The notes: generated by a model from the letters alone, not told the origin. A stretch of DNA of 44,339 nt from Acidobacteriota bacterium (GCA_003222815.1 QHXC01000384.1:1-44339); one strand, 5' to 3'; shown: positions 10,274-19,968, counted from the first letter of the stretch. A program made the numbers and translations.

Positions 10274-11713
10274 ATGAAAGATCTCACATCCCGAGCCCTG
10301 AACATCGCAGTGCTTGAAGGAGCGCGGTACGCCGACATCCGGATTATCGATAGCCGCCAGCAGACGGTGAGCATCAAAAACGGAAACGTCGATGGCATTG
10401 GCGATCAGGACAGCCAGGGCTTCGGCGTTCGTGTTCTGGTTGATGATTCCTGGGGTTTTGCGTCCAGCGCGTACGCGACGATGGCGGAGATCGAGCGCGT
10501 GACGAGCCTGGCCGTGAAGATCGCGAAAGCCAGTGCGATGGTCCCCGGTGAGCGTGTGGACCTCGGTTCTCCTGTAACCGGAGTCGGAAAATACACGACG
10601 CCGATTCAGATCGACCCTTTCAGCATTTCCCTCGAACAGAAACTCGATTTGCTCTTTCGCGCCGACGAGGTCATCCGCCGCAATTCTGGCGTGAAAGTGT
10701 CGGAAGAGAACGTCATCGCTGTCCGGCATCACAAGTTCTTCGCGAACACAGAGGGAGCATTTCTAGAACAAACCATCTATGAGAGCGGTGGCGCCATCGC
10801 TGCCACAGCGGTAAATGACACGGATGTTCAGGTCCGGTCCCATCCAAACTCCTTCCGATACCAGGGAACTAGTGGCTGGGAGTACGTGACAAACGCGGAT
10901 TTCGTTGGCAACGCCGAGCGCGTTGCAGAAGAAGCGGTGGCGCTGTTATCTGCCGGCGTTTGTCCGAGCGGCGAAACGACGCTGATCCTGGGCAGCTCGC
11001 AGCTTGCGCTTCAGATCCACGAATCCTGCGGGCATCCCACCGAACTGGATCGGGTATTCGGCACCGAAGCCGCCTTCGCTGGACGCAGCTTCCTGACCAC
11101 GGACAAGCGAAATAACTTCCGCTACGGCTCCGAGATCGTCAATCTCACCGCCGATAGCGTCCGCCCGACGGGCCTGGGGACGTTCGGGTGGGATGATGAA
11201 GGCCTACCCGCATCCCGTACACCGCTCGTGCTCAACGGTGATTTCGTGGGCTATCTCATGTCGCGTGAGACTGCTTCGAAGCTCGGTTTGGAGAGCAACG
11301 GTTGTATGCGTGCGGATGGATGGAATCGAATTCCGCTGATCCGAATGACCAACGTTTCGCTCGAACCGGGTACGTGGGACTTCAACGACATGATCGCAGA
11401 CACCGACGATGGCATACTGATGGAAACCAACCGCTCCTGGAGTATCGACGACATGCGGCTGAACTTTCAGTTTGGCACTGAAGTCGGCTACGAAATCAAA
11501 AATGGCAAGCGGGGTCGTCTCTTGAAGAATTGCACATACGCCGGCATAACACCAGACTTCTGGAACTCCTGCGACGCGATCGCCAATCCGAAGCATTGGA
11601 TCCTTTGGGGCACACCCAATTGCGGGAAAGGCGAACCGATGCAAACGATGGGAACGGGTCACGGCGCTTCTCCTGCGCGGTTCCGCAATGTGAAGGTGGG
11701 CGTGTTCAGATGA
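10274..11713 (+). CDS. tldD: TldD-type metalloprotease (TldD/PmbA family)
   Basis: HESCGHPTELDR metal-binding motif, family-typical length (479 aa from the ATG at 10274) and the C-terminal GKGEPMQTMGTGHGASPARFRNVKVG. The track start at 10238 is a less likely upstream start. Confidence 0.85.
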   Translation: MKDLTSRALNIAVLEGARYADIRIIDSRQQTVSIKNGNVDGIGDQDSQGFGVRVLVDDSWGFASSAYATMAEIERVTSLAVKIAKASAMVPGERVDLGSPVTGVGKYTTPIQIDPFSISLEQKLDLLFRADEVIRRNSGVKVSEENVIAVRHHKFFANTEGAFLEQTIYESGGAIAATAVNDTDVQVRSHPNSFRYQGTSGWEYVTNADFVGNAERVAEEAVALLSAGVCPSGETTLILGSSQLALQIHESCGHPTELDRVFGTEAAFAGRSFLTTDKRNNFRYGSEIVNLTADSVRPTGLGTFGWDDEGLPASRTPLVLNGDFVGYLMSRETASKLGLESNGCMRADGWNRIPLIRMTNVSLEPGTWDFNDMIADTDDGILMETNRSWSIDDMRLNFQFGTEVGYEIKNGKRGRLLKNCTYAGITPDFWNSCDAIANPKHWILWGTPNCGKGEPMQTMGTGHGASPARFRNVKVGVFR

Positions 11714-12844
11714 AGTTCCGTGAGATCGCCGACCTCGTCATGAACTCGGTCATCGGAACCCGCGTGGGTATCGCCGTCTCCAACGATACCCGCCATGACA
11801 GCCTCAAGCAACTGGCGGCGCGGGCATATGAGGTCGCTAAACTCCAGCCGGAGAACCCGGAGTTCAAGGGACTCCCAAGACCGCTGCCGATCCGACACGT
11901 TGAGGCGTTCGATACCTCCGTTCAGGAGTGCACGCCGGCACACCGCGCCAGAAGTGTGGGCGTGATCTGCCGAAAGGCCGCAGGGGCCGGATTTTCGGCG
12001 GCGGGATCCATGACAACCTCGGTGTTCTCGATAGGAGTCGCCAATTCCATGGGCGTTTTCGCTGAGCACAAATCGACGATGGTAGACGCCTCGACGGTGA
12101 TCATGGGTAGTAACTCATCGGGCTGGGCTCAAAGCTCGAGTTGGCGTTTGGAGGCGATCGAGCCGGAATCGTTGGCTGCGGAAGCGCTTTCGAAAGTGAG
12201 GCTAGGCGCCGATCCGATGGATTACGAACCGGGCGAGTACACCGTGATTCTGGATCCGTACGCGACGGCCGATTTGCTGGAGATGCTCGCATTCGATGGT
12301 ATGGGCGCCCTGGCCGTGCAGGAAGGACGGTCGTGGATGAACGGCAGGATCGGACAACGAATTATGGCGGATATCGTGACCATCGTCGATGATGGTTTCG
12401 ATAGGTCGGGAATCCCGTGGCCGTTCGACTTTGAAGGAGTTCCGAAGGGGATACATCCCATCGTTGAGTCGGGTATCGTGAGGGGACCGGTCTACGATTC
12501 ATTTATGGCGGGGAGAGAATCCGGTAGGCTGTCGACAGGACACGCCACGCCCCCATCGCCACAGGGGCGCTTGGGGCCTGTGCCGATGAATCTGTTTTTG
12601 CGCCCCGGTCGAACGGGATGCCGTAGTGACTGGTATGACTCGGGATGGAACCTTCGTGGTGCGGGACGGAGAGATCGCGCATCCGATCAAATCGCTGCGT
12701 TTTACCCAGTCTTACGTCGAAGCATTGAAGTATGCCGAAGCCATCGGCGAAAAACCGCGCTTGCTGCGGTCCGGAATCGGCGGCGCAACGAGCGTGCCGC
12801 CCGTGAAGTTGGGGAAATTTAGGTTCACAAGCTCGACGAGGTGA
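11710..12844 (+). pseudogene. pmbA: PmbA-type partner of TldD, frameshifted and apparently internally deleted
   Basis: The ATG overlaps the tldD stop (ATGA at 11710). The body matches the TldD/PmbA family up to PMNLFLRPG at about 12607. The conserved C-terminus VTGMTRDGTFVVRDGEIAHPIKSLRFTQS...KFRFTSS continues in another frame (12626-12844). The total span equals about 378 codons. Confidence 0.7.
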
Positions 12845-12851
12845 AGAATTC

Positions 12852-13655
12852 ATGGCTCTATTGCTGGCACTGGCCGTTTTTACTGCAAGCCAGGGAGGCG
12901 TGGTCCAATTGACGTTTCCGGACGAGCCCGGAGTGAAATCCGTTGATGTCGATTGGCAAAAGAAGAAAGTCCCATTTGTTCGGATTCAGGAACGCTGGAT
13001 GACGGTCATCGGCGTCGATCTGGATTTGAAACCTGGAGAGCAAACAGCCGACGTGCTGTTTACGATGGAAGACGGCCGAGTCGACAGGCGGGAAGCCATC
13101 ATCAAAGTGGAACCAACCAGCTTTCCGACGACGGAATTGAAAGTTGAAGACAAGTATGTCCAGCTCAACCCGGCTGATCTGGCCCGAGCCACACGCGAAG
13201 CGAAAGAGCTCGACGCCATTCATTCGAAGATCACCAATGAGATCCTGTGGCAAGAGCCTTTCAGCGTTCCCATTCCCGGCGGTAAAGGTTCGAATTTTGG
13301 CCATCGTCGAATTTTCAACGGTGAACCACGCGCCCCACACGGCGGCGCCGACCTGCGCGCACAGACTGGAACGCCCATTCACGCGACCAACCGTGGACGA
13401 GCGGTGCTTGGTAAAAATCTCTTCTTCACGGGAAATACGGTCATTATCGATCACGGGCTCGGGATTTACTCGTTATACGCGCATCTCTCGCGGATCGATG
13501 TCAAGCCGGGCACAATCGTGGAAAATGGCCAGCTTATCGGTCTCGCCGGCGCTACCGGACGAGTCACCGGTCCGCACCTGCACTGGGGTATGCGCGTGCA
13601 GGGCGCGAGGGTGGATCCGTTCTCGCTGGTGGAGATGAAGACAAATGAAAAATGA
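12852..13655 (+). CDS. M23 family (LytM-type) metallopeptidase
   Basis: Contains the HxxxD motif (PHGGADLRA), NTVIIDHGLGIYSLYAHLS and the HxH motif (TGPHLHWG). A hydrophobic N-terminus (MALLLALAVFTASQGG) is present. Confidence 0.9.
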   Translation: MALLLALAVFTASQGGVVQLTFPDEPGVKSVDVDWQKKKVPFVRIQERWMTVIGVDLDLKPGEQTADVLFTMEDGRVDRREAIIKVEPTSFPTTELKVEDKYVQLNPADLARATREAKELDAIHSKITNEILWQEPFSVPIPGGKGSNFGHRRIFNGEPRAPHGGADLRAQTGTPIHATNRGRAVLGKNLFFTGNTVIIDHGLGIYSLYAHLSRIDVKPGTIVENGQLIGLAGATGRVTGPHLHWGMRVQGARVDPFSLVEMKTNEK

Positions 13656-13657
13656 TC

Positions 13658-13679
13658 AATGGTCAATGACTTGACCATT
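13658..13679 (+). terminator. Hairpin after the M23 gene (AATGGTCAA tgac TTGACCATT)
   Basis: A 9-bp perfect stem with a 4-nt loop starts 3 nt after the stop and is followed by tgccctttgtcattt, which is only moderately T-rich. Confidence 0.35.
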
Positions 13680-13707
13680 TGCCCTTTGTCATTTACCTCT
13701 CATTTCT

Positions 13708-14427
13708 ATGTTCGACTTTCTAAAGCGCAACCAACCATCACCCAAGCAAATTGACAAGCTCGTGAAACGGCTCACGGAGCCGGGTGGCGAAGATGGGCCG
13801 CGCATTGAGGCAGCCGAGAAGCTTTCGGAGTGGGGCACGGCGGAAGCGCTCTACGCGCTGCTGAAGCGATTCACGATTTCAAGCAAAGTAATAACAGGGG
13901 ACATCGAAGAGAAGAGGATGGTCGTCCGGATGCTCGTAGAGAAGGGAAAAAAAGCCGTCGATCCGATTCTTCGCTTTCTCGGGGACCATCATCAGGTGGA
14001 ATGGCCTGTACAAGCGCTTTCAGAAATTCTTCCGCGCGAAGAACTGGTCCCCAAACTCGTGGATATCCTGGAGAAGGTTGCGGCTTCGAGCGAATTTACA
14101 CCGCCTGAACACAAATCCGACTTGATTCGAGCCATGCGGGGTCACGTGTCACCGGAGATCGCCACGGTTCTTCGCCGGTTCTTGTCCGATGACGACGATG
14201 ATGTGCGCATTGCCGCCATCGAAGCGATCTCCGAGGTCGGCGAGGAAGTGCGGGAACCGCTGCTGGAAGCATTCCTCGAAGCCGGCGACCGGCCGCGTAT
14301 CCGCATCAAGATTGCCGAGATGTTTGCGGACCACGAGTGGCCTGTTCGAGGGTATCGGCCGAAGATCGAAGAGACATTGCCGGAAGGATTCCATCTTACG
14401 TCCAAAGGTGTTGTCCGGAGGAGGTAG
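13708..14427 (+). CDS. HEAT-repeat protein
   Basis: 239 aa of repeated helical units with the pattern ...R..A...L...G...A...L, for example DDDDVRIAAIEAISEVGEEVREPLLEAF. Confidence 0.7.
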   Translation: MFDFLKRNQPSPKQIDKLVKRLTEPGGEDGPRIEAAEKLSEWGTAEALYALLKRFTISSKVITGDIEEKRMVVRMLVEKGKKAVDPILRFLGDHHQVEWPVQALSEILPREELVPKLVDILEKVAASSEFTPPEHKSDLIRAMRGHVSPEIATVLRRFLSDDDDDVRIAAIEAISEVGEEVREPLLEAFLEAGDRPRIRIKIAEMFADHEWPVRGYRPKIEETLPEGFHLTSKGVVRRR

Positions 14428-14429
14428 AA

Positions 14430-14963
14430 GTGGCGGTTCCAGCAATTCGCGGGTGGACGGTCTTCTGCATGGGGGCGTGGCTGATGGGCACCGTCTGCAC
14501 GGCCATTGTCGCGACGCAGAATTTCTATACGATCGATCGCCTTCTGGCGGCTGAGCCGAATCCCGCGTTCACCGCAGTCGTTGATAAGCTCGGGCATTCG
14601 GAAACCCGTGAGCTTCTTCGATATTTGTCCTCCGAGTTGAATCGCCTCTATTTTCAATATTGGAATCTCGCGCAACTTGCGATCGGAATCCTGGCGCTCT
14701 GGCTGGCCGGTAAGCTGCCGGACGCGCCTAGAGCGAAATGGGGTATTGTGGCTATGCTCGCCATTGTCCTCTTCCTTACGGTTTTGATCACGCCACAGAT
14801 TCTCTCGGTCGGACGCACTCTGGACTTCGTTCCGCGCGATCCGCCTCCTGCCCGCCTCCGCACTTTCGGCTTGCTGCATGCGACCTACACGGTCCTGGAC
14901 GGCATCGAGCTTATCGTGGGGATTTTGGTGACGATCTGGCTGCAGAAGCCCGAGGGTGAATGA
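14430..14963 (+). CDS. Integral membrane protein (about 4 TM; possibly DUF4149-like)
   Basis: A GTG at 14430 follows GGAGG (14418-14422) and lies 2 nt after the HEAT gene stop. Four hydrophobic segments are visible. The family call is weak. An alternative ATG start is at 14469. Confidence 0.55.
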   Translation: MAVPAIRGWTVFCMGAWLMGTVCTAIVATQNFYTIDRLLAAEPNPAFTAVVDKLGHSETRELLRYLSSELNRLYFQYWNLAQLAIGILALWLAGKLPDAPRAKWGIVAMLAIVLFLTVLITPQILSVGRTLDFVPRDPPPARLRTFGLLHATYTVLDGIELIVGILVTIWLQKPEGE

Positions 14964-14996
14964 ACGCGGGCTGAAGCCCGCGTTCCTCTTGTTTTT
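14962..14996 (+). terminator. Rho-independent terminator / REP-like hairpin
   Basis: GAACGCGGGC tgaa GCCCGCGTTC (10-bp perfect stem) is followed by cctcttgttttt. It overlaps the stop codon of the membrane protein gene. Confidence 0.7.
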
Positions 14997-15065
14997 CAGC
15001 CCCCTCCTCCTGTATAGTAGCACTTCACCTTCAAGTGAGCCTTCCTGACGAATCGCCCTTAAATT

Positions 15066-16370
15066 ATGAAGTTTCACGCATGGTTTGAATGTTTTTCGGG
15101 CTGTGGTGTCCGCCACGATCTTGAGCAGATTGTGTATCGGTGCGAATCCTGTGGCGGCCTGCTCGAGGTGAGGCACGATCTAGCGGCGGTAAAGCGGAGA
15201 CCTGCAGCTGAATGGAAACAGCTTTTTGATTCACGGATGGGGCGTGCGAGTGGTGTTTGGTCGAAGAAGGAGATCGTTTTGCCCGAACTGGATGCCGGGA
15301 ATATCGTTTCCCTGGGCGAAGGAAATTCACCGCTAATTCAATCCGAGCGCTTTGCCGAACGCATTGGCGTCGATGAGCTTTATGTCAAACAGTGCGGCAC
15401 CTCGCACACTGGATCATTCAAGGATCTCGGCATGACCGTGCTGGTCTCCATGGTCAACGAAATCCGGTCCTCGATTCGTGCTGTAGCGTGCGCCTCGACT
15501 GGTGATACTTCCGCTGCCGTTTCCGCTTATTGCGCCGCGGCTGGAATTCCCTCGATCGTCTTTTTGCCGAAAGACAAAGTTTCAATTGCACAACTGATTC
15601 AACCGATTTCGAATGGAGCCATCACGTTCTCCATCGATACCGATTTTGACGGCTGCATGAAAATCGTGCAGGAAATCACGAAGGACAAATCCATTTACTT
15701 GGCCAATTCGATGAACTCTCTTCGTGTCGAAGGCCAGAAAACGATCAGCTTTGAGATCGTGCAGCAGTTGGAATGGCAGGTCCCCGATTTCGTCGTTGTC
15801 CCTGGCGGAAACCTCGGTAACATCTCGGCGATCGGAAGTGGATTCGTCCTCATGCGCGAAATGGGTTTGATTGACCGCCTGCCACGACTGGTGTGCGCCC
15901 AAACCGAGAAAGCGAATCCACTTTATGTATCCTATCGTGAAGGGTTCCGCAAACAGGAACCGATTGTGGCCGGCAGTACTTTGGCGACGGCAATCCAGAT
16001 CGGTAACCCGGTAAGTTTTTCAAAGGCCGTGAAAGCTCTGCGTGCGACTGACGGCGTTGTCGAGCAGGCCAGCGAAGGGGAACTCGCCAATGCGGCCGCT
16101 GAAGCCGACCGTTTTGGTTTCTTCAACGATCCCCAAACGGGTGTGGCTCTGGCAGTGACGATGAAACTGGTCAAAGCGCGATCGATTCCCGCGTCTTCCC
16201 GAGTTGTCGTTATCAGCACGGCGCACGGTTTGAAGTTTGCGGAATTTAAGGTGCGCTTCCACCGGGGCCAGATACCTTCGGTCGATTCTTCCCTTCAAAA
16301 CCTTCCCACCAACGTCGCCCCGGATGTCAACGCGATTCGGGCCGTTATTGATGGTAGGATACCTGCTTGA
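15066..16370 (+). CDS. thrC: Threonine synthase
   Basis: N-terminal zinc-ribbon (CFSGCG...CESCGG), the PLP-lysine motif HTGSFKDLGMT and a full-length 434-aa PLP fold-type II body. Confidence 0.9.
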   Translation: MKFHAWFECFSGCGVRHDLEQIVYRCESCGGLLEVRHDLAAVKRRPAAEWKQLFDSRMGRASGVWSKKEIVLPELDAGNIVSLGEGNSPLIQSERFAERIGVDELYVKQCGTSHTGSFKDLGMTVLVSMVNEIRSSIRAVACASTGDTSAAVSAYCAAAGIPSIVFLPKDKVSIAQLIQPISNGAITFSIDTDFDGCMKIVQEITKDKSIYLANSMNSLRVEGQKTISFEIVQQLEWQVPDFVVVPGGNLGNISAIGSGFVLMREMGLIDRLPRLVCAQTEKANPLYVSYREGFRKQEPIVAGSTLATAIQIGNPVSFSKAVKALRATDGVVEQASEGELANAAAEADRFGFFNDPQTGVALAVTMKLVKARSIPASSRVVVISTAHGLKFAEFKVRFHRGQIPSVDSSLQNLPTNVAPDVNAIRAVIDGRIPA

Positions 16371-19300
16371 GATGGAGGTCTGTTTATCGACTCGTCCTGG
16401 TTATCAAGCAAATACGGGCGATCAAGAGTATCCGTGTGATTAAATTCAACACACCATTACGCGTAGTCTACACATTTGGTCTGTCCCTTATCTTGTCCCA
16501 GCCTGTTGCCGCCCAATCCGCGTTGAATTTTGCAAGGACGACGGTCAACGAACGGTTTAATACCGGATTTGCTGTCACGAATCCGACACCTAACTATGCA
16601 GACGTACAGTTCACGTTCTACGGATTCGATGGCAATCCTGTCTCGTCGGGTTTGGTGAATCCGGTCCGCTATCGCATCGCGCCGAAGGGTCAGATTTCCA
16701 TGCCCGCCACTGAGATCTTCGCCGCATCCAAAGTCGAAGGCTGGGTTCAGGCGACGAGCCCGACTTCGGGTCTGATGGGTTCATATGTCTCTGGCGATTT
16801 TGCTTTCAAAGTTGAAGCCTCGGACGCGTCTACGGCTTTGACCTCGCAAGTGATTCCCATCATCCGCGAAGATCAGATCAACAAGACGGAACTGCTGGTC
16901 GTCAATCCGAGCACTGGAAACAGCAACGTCACGATTACTTTTTTCAGTGCGCGCGGCGACGAGGTGGGAACGGTCACTCGGAGTATCCCGCCACGCGGTG
17001 CTTTGAGTCTTCGTCCCTCGACAGTCGTTTCCAGTGCGGCCGGCGGTAGCTTTTCAGCCAGGATCTCCGCGAGCGTTCCTGTTGCTGCGGTCGCGGCGAT
17101 TGAAAGAAATGATTCGCTGATGCTCGCGGTAGGTCAGGCGGTCGATCAGCCCGCCTCTGTGCGTGTGGCGCCGCATTTCATAAGCGGGAATGGCTTCGAT
17201 CCGATCCTCATTCTGACGAATCCCACTGCATCGCCGATCGTGGTAACGGTGACCCTTTTCGGCGAAACCGGTGGAGCCGTGCATCCATCCCTGAGCGGTC
17301 CTTCATCCAAGGACTTCCTTGTTTTGGCCAATGGGTCCGTCATGGTGGATACGCGGAACATCACGGGGCTGCTATTCGTTCCCTCTGTCAATGGGTGGTT
17401 GCGCATCGATTCTCCAAACGTTGCGTTAGACGGCCTATTGATTCTTGATGGAGGGCGGGATATTACGGCAACCCCGCTCCAAACCAGTGCTCTAGACCGG
17501 ATGATCTATTCGCAGCTTCCCCAAATGGATGCGCTCGTCAGCCGTTTGGTTCTCGTGAACACGTCACCCGTTCAGGCCGGGCTCGACATTTCTCTGGTTA
17601 AGCAGGACGGGACCACCGCTGCGCAGACGGCGATCAGCATTCCGGCAAGGACGAAATTTTCCCGTCTGATCCGTGATGTTCTCCCTCAAGTTACTGATCA
17701 AGATGGCGGGTACATTTTGATCCGCTCATCGGTGGCACTCTACGGAATCGAGATGCTTGGCGAAACCAGTTCGCAGTCCCTGGCAAGCGTATCTCTACTC
17801 CGGGCATTCGATAGCTTTGCCACGAATCCGATACTCCCGGCGCCCGCGATCACAAACGTGGAACCCGGACCAGACGTGAGGACCGGCATGACGATGCGCG
17901 TCGATGTTGCGGGTCCGCTCGGAGATGCTGTTTTCCTTCTGGGCGACCAGGTTGTACCCGCTACGCGTCTGGCCTGGCCGGGAACGGTAACTTTCTTCCT
18001 CGACATTCCTGCAATCGAGCCTGGCCTCGTGAATCTACGGTTACGAGCCGATGGAATGGAGTTGGCTCCAGTGCTGTTGCACGTTCTGACTCCCGATAAC
18101 CTGCCGTCACAGATGATCTATGGCCAGGCTTTTTATCAGAAAATCGATGTTACCGATGCCGGTCTCGACCTCAACCATCCTGTCATGGTTCCGATCCGGA
18201 ATGCGCGAGTTGAGGTGGTGGATCGCTCGGCGCAGTCCGTGGTGGCGGTTTCGGAAACGGATGGCCGCGGTGAGTTTCGTGTGCCCGTGCCTCTGGAACC
18301 CGACCTGACCATTCGGGTCGTCAGCCGGCTGCGACCGGCCGACTTGCGCGTGGCGGACAATACGAATGGCAATGCGCTGTACGGCATCTCCCTGGATGTG
18401 GATGCTCGAGAGCCGTTAGGCAAGCTCGTGCTAGTCGACAATTCGCGGTTGTCGGGAGCCTTCAACATCCTGGAGATGCTCCAGCGTGCCAACGATACGA
18501 TTCGATTGGCTGACACGAAGATCGTACCTCCGGCGTTCGGCATTTTCTGGAGCACTCGAAATACGCCTCGCAGCGGCAACGTCCGCGAAGGCCTCGTAGG
18601 CACGACCCACTTCAATTTCGTCAACAACACAGCATTTGTTTTGGGTGACCGCACTGTCGATTCCGACGAGTTCGACGATTCGGTCATTGCCCACGAATAT
18701 GCCCACATGCTCGCCGCGCGTTTTTCACGCGACGACTCGCCGGGCCACTCGCATGGCATAGGCGACATGCTCGACCCGCGAGTCGCATGGTCCGAAGGGT
18801 GGGCGAACTTCTTCTCAGGCGCCGTTCGAAATGATGCAATTTACCGGGATTCCATGGGGCTGAACGGAGTGAATGTCCTCCGATATGATCTGGAAGACAA
18901 CATTCCGCCAGGAGACAAGCCGGGTTACTGGAGTGAGGCCTCGGTTCAGTCGTTGCTCTGGGACTTATATGACGGTCACGTCGATCCAGGGGACAACGTT
19001 CAGTATCCGCTGAGCCTGATCTGGAGCGCGTTCGTCGACCTTAAGAATGAGCGCTTCGTCTACTTCCCATATTTCCTCGACCATTTTCTCGCACGCAATC
19101 CGGCGGCAAGCGATGCTTTGAGGATCATGGCGCAGCTCCGTTCGATCGATTTCCAACCGAATGTTCGACCCAGCGTGACCAATCCATTCCCGCGTCCGAT
19201 CAATGTTGGCGACGTCATTACAGGCGAAGTGGACTCGCTGACATCGAAACGGACAAATCTAGTCCAGTCGTCGCATTTCATGTCGTTCACCACGAGCGGA

Positions 19301-19567
19301 GGCGCTGCCTCCATCCGCCTCGATATCGTCGGCCTCGGTCCAGCCGACAATCCAAACGCGAATGATCTGGACCTGTTCCTCATGGATGCCAACGGCGGAC
19401 CTCTGGATCGATCGGACCGCGGCTTGAACGGAGAGTCAGAGTTGATCTCGCTAAGAATTCCCGCAGGCACTTACGTCATCGAGGTCCGTAGCTATTACAC
19501 CAAAGCCGAGACGGGCGATCTGGTGTTTAATTCTGGGCGCTACCGTTTGAGTGTCGTGGTGCAGTAG
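16367..19567 (+). CDS. Secreted multidomain zinc metalloprotease (MA-clan, collagenase/M9-like HEYAH...EGWA) with a C-terminal pre-peptidase (PPC) domain
   Basis: Signal peptide FGLSLILSQPVAAQS, then four repeats of about 105 aa (DVQFTFYGFDGNPV / NVTITFFSARGDEV / VVTVTLFGETGGAV / GLDISLVKQDGTTA). These are followed by an IPT/TIG-like segment, a CarboxypepD_reg-like segment (RNARVEVVDRSAQSVVAVSETDGRGEFRV), the HEYAHM...WSEGWANFF catalytic region and a PPC-like tail. The start is uncertain: TTG at 16367 or GTG at 16436. Confidence 0.8.
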   Translation: MRWRSVYRLVLVIKQIRAIKSIRVIKFNTPLRVVYTFGLSLILSQPVAAQSALNFARTTVNERFNTGFAVTNPTPNYADVQFTFYGFDGNPVSSGLVNPVRYRIAPKGQISMPATEIFAASKVEGWVQATSPTSGLMGSYVSGDFAFKVEASDASTALTSQVIPIIREDQINKTELLVVNPSTGNSNVTITFFSARGDEVGTVTRSIPPRGALSLRPSTVVSSAAGGSFSARISASVPVAAVAAIERNDSLMLAVGQAVDQPASVRVAPHFISGNGFDPILILTNPTASPIVVTVTLFGETGGAVHPSLSGPSSKDFLVLANGSVMVDTRNITGLLFVPSVNGWLRIDSPNVALDGLLILDGGRDITATPLQTSALDRMIYSQLPQMDALVSRLVLVNTSPVQAGLDISLVKQDGTTAAQTAISIPARTKFSRLIRDVLPQVTDQDGGYILIRSSVALYGIEMLGETSSQSLASVSLLRAFDSFATNPILPAPAITNVEPGPDVRTGMTMRVDVAGPLGDAVFLLGDQVVPATRLAWPGTVTFFLDIPAIEPGLVNLRLRADGMELAPVLLHVLTPDNLPSQMIYGQAFYQKIDVTDAGLDLNHPVMVPIRNARVEVVDRSAQSVVAVSETDGRGEFRVPVPLEPDLTIRVVSRLRPADLRVADNTNGNALYGISLDVDAREPLGKLVLVDNSRLSGAFNILEMLQRANDTIRLADTKIVPPAFGIFWSTRNTPRSGNVREGLVGTTHFNFVNNTAFVLGDRTVDSDEFDDSVIAHEYAHMLAARFSRDDSPGHSHGIGDMLDPRVAWSEGWANFFSGAVRNDAIYRDSMGLNGVNVLRYDLEDNIPPGDKPGYWSEASVQSLLWDLYDGHVDPGDNVQYPLSLIWSAFVDLKNERFVYFPYFLDHFLARNPAASDALRIMAQLRSIDFQPNVRPSVTNPFPRPINVGDVITGEVDSLTSKRTNLVQSSHFMSFTTSGGAASIRLDIVGLGPADNPNANDLDLFLMDANGGPLDRSDRGLNGESELISLRIPAGTYVIEVRSYYTKAETGDLVFNSGRYRLSVVVQ

Positions 19568-19568
19568 A

Positions 19569-19588
19569 GCGGCTTCAGCCCGCGTTTT
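19569..19588 (+). terminator. Degenerate copy of the GCGGGCTTCAGCCCGC hairpin followed by TTTT
   Basis: gcggcttcagcccgcgtttt starts 2 nt after the protease stop. It is the same core as 14962-14985 in the opposite orientation, with one G missing from the left arm. Confidence 0.4.
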
Positions 19589-19692
19589 CTCCGGTTTACA
19601 CTTCGGAAAAACCGATTGTAGAATAGACTGGAAACCAATTACCCCAAATTAAAGAGTTCTTTCCAGAATAGGAATCCCAACGGGAGGTTCAC

Positions 19693-19968
19693 ATGGGTGG
19701 AACCTTTACGAGCTTGCTGATTATTGTGGAAACCGTGCTGACGGCCGCTGCAGTGGTGATGTTTCTTTACCGCGGCATGTTGGACATGAAGGAAGAGGAT
19801 CAACTCATCCTGGACGATGCCGAATCTCACCTCGCTCGCGAGCAAGCAACGATTCGCCACAAGGTCACTATTTTGAGTAAGTACATCAAGTTCATCGGTG
19901 TCGCATGGGGCATCCTTGCCGTGGCAATCCTCGGCCTATGGGTCGCCCGGGGGTTGAGGCTGCTTTGA
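19693..19968 (+). CDS. Small two-TM membrane protein (91 aa), uncharacterised
   Basis: GGGAGG lies 6 nt upstream of the ATG. There are two hydrophobic helices (LLIIVETVLTAAAVVMFL and FIGVAWGILAVAILGLWV) separated by a charged linker. Confidence 0.6.
   Translation: MGGTFTSLLIIVETVLTAAAVVMFLYRGMLDMKEEDQLILDDAESHLAREQATIRHKVTILSKYIKFIGVAWGILAVAILGLWVARGLRLL

Noticed and set aside
14142-15176. 344-aa minus-strand ORF
   Set aside because: It is Arg-rich and low-complexity. It runs antisense across the HEAT gene, the membrane protein gene, a strong terminator hairpin and the thrC start. This is typical shadow-ORF behaviour in GC-rich DNA.
16397-16445. Ile/Lys/Arg-periodic stretch (VIKQIRAIKSIRVIK) upstream of the protease signal peptide, which resembles a degenerate copy of the IRVIRG-encoding hairpin repeat
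   Set aside because: The similarity is loose and I found no inverted partner. It mainly argues for a downstream start codon (GTG at 16436) rather than a distinct element.
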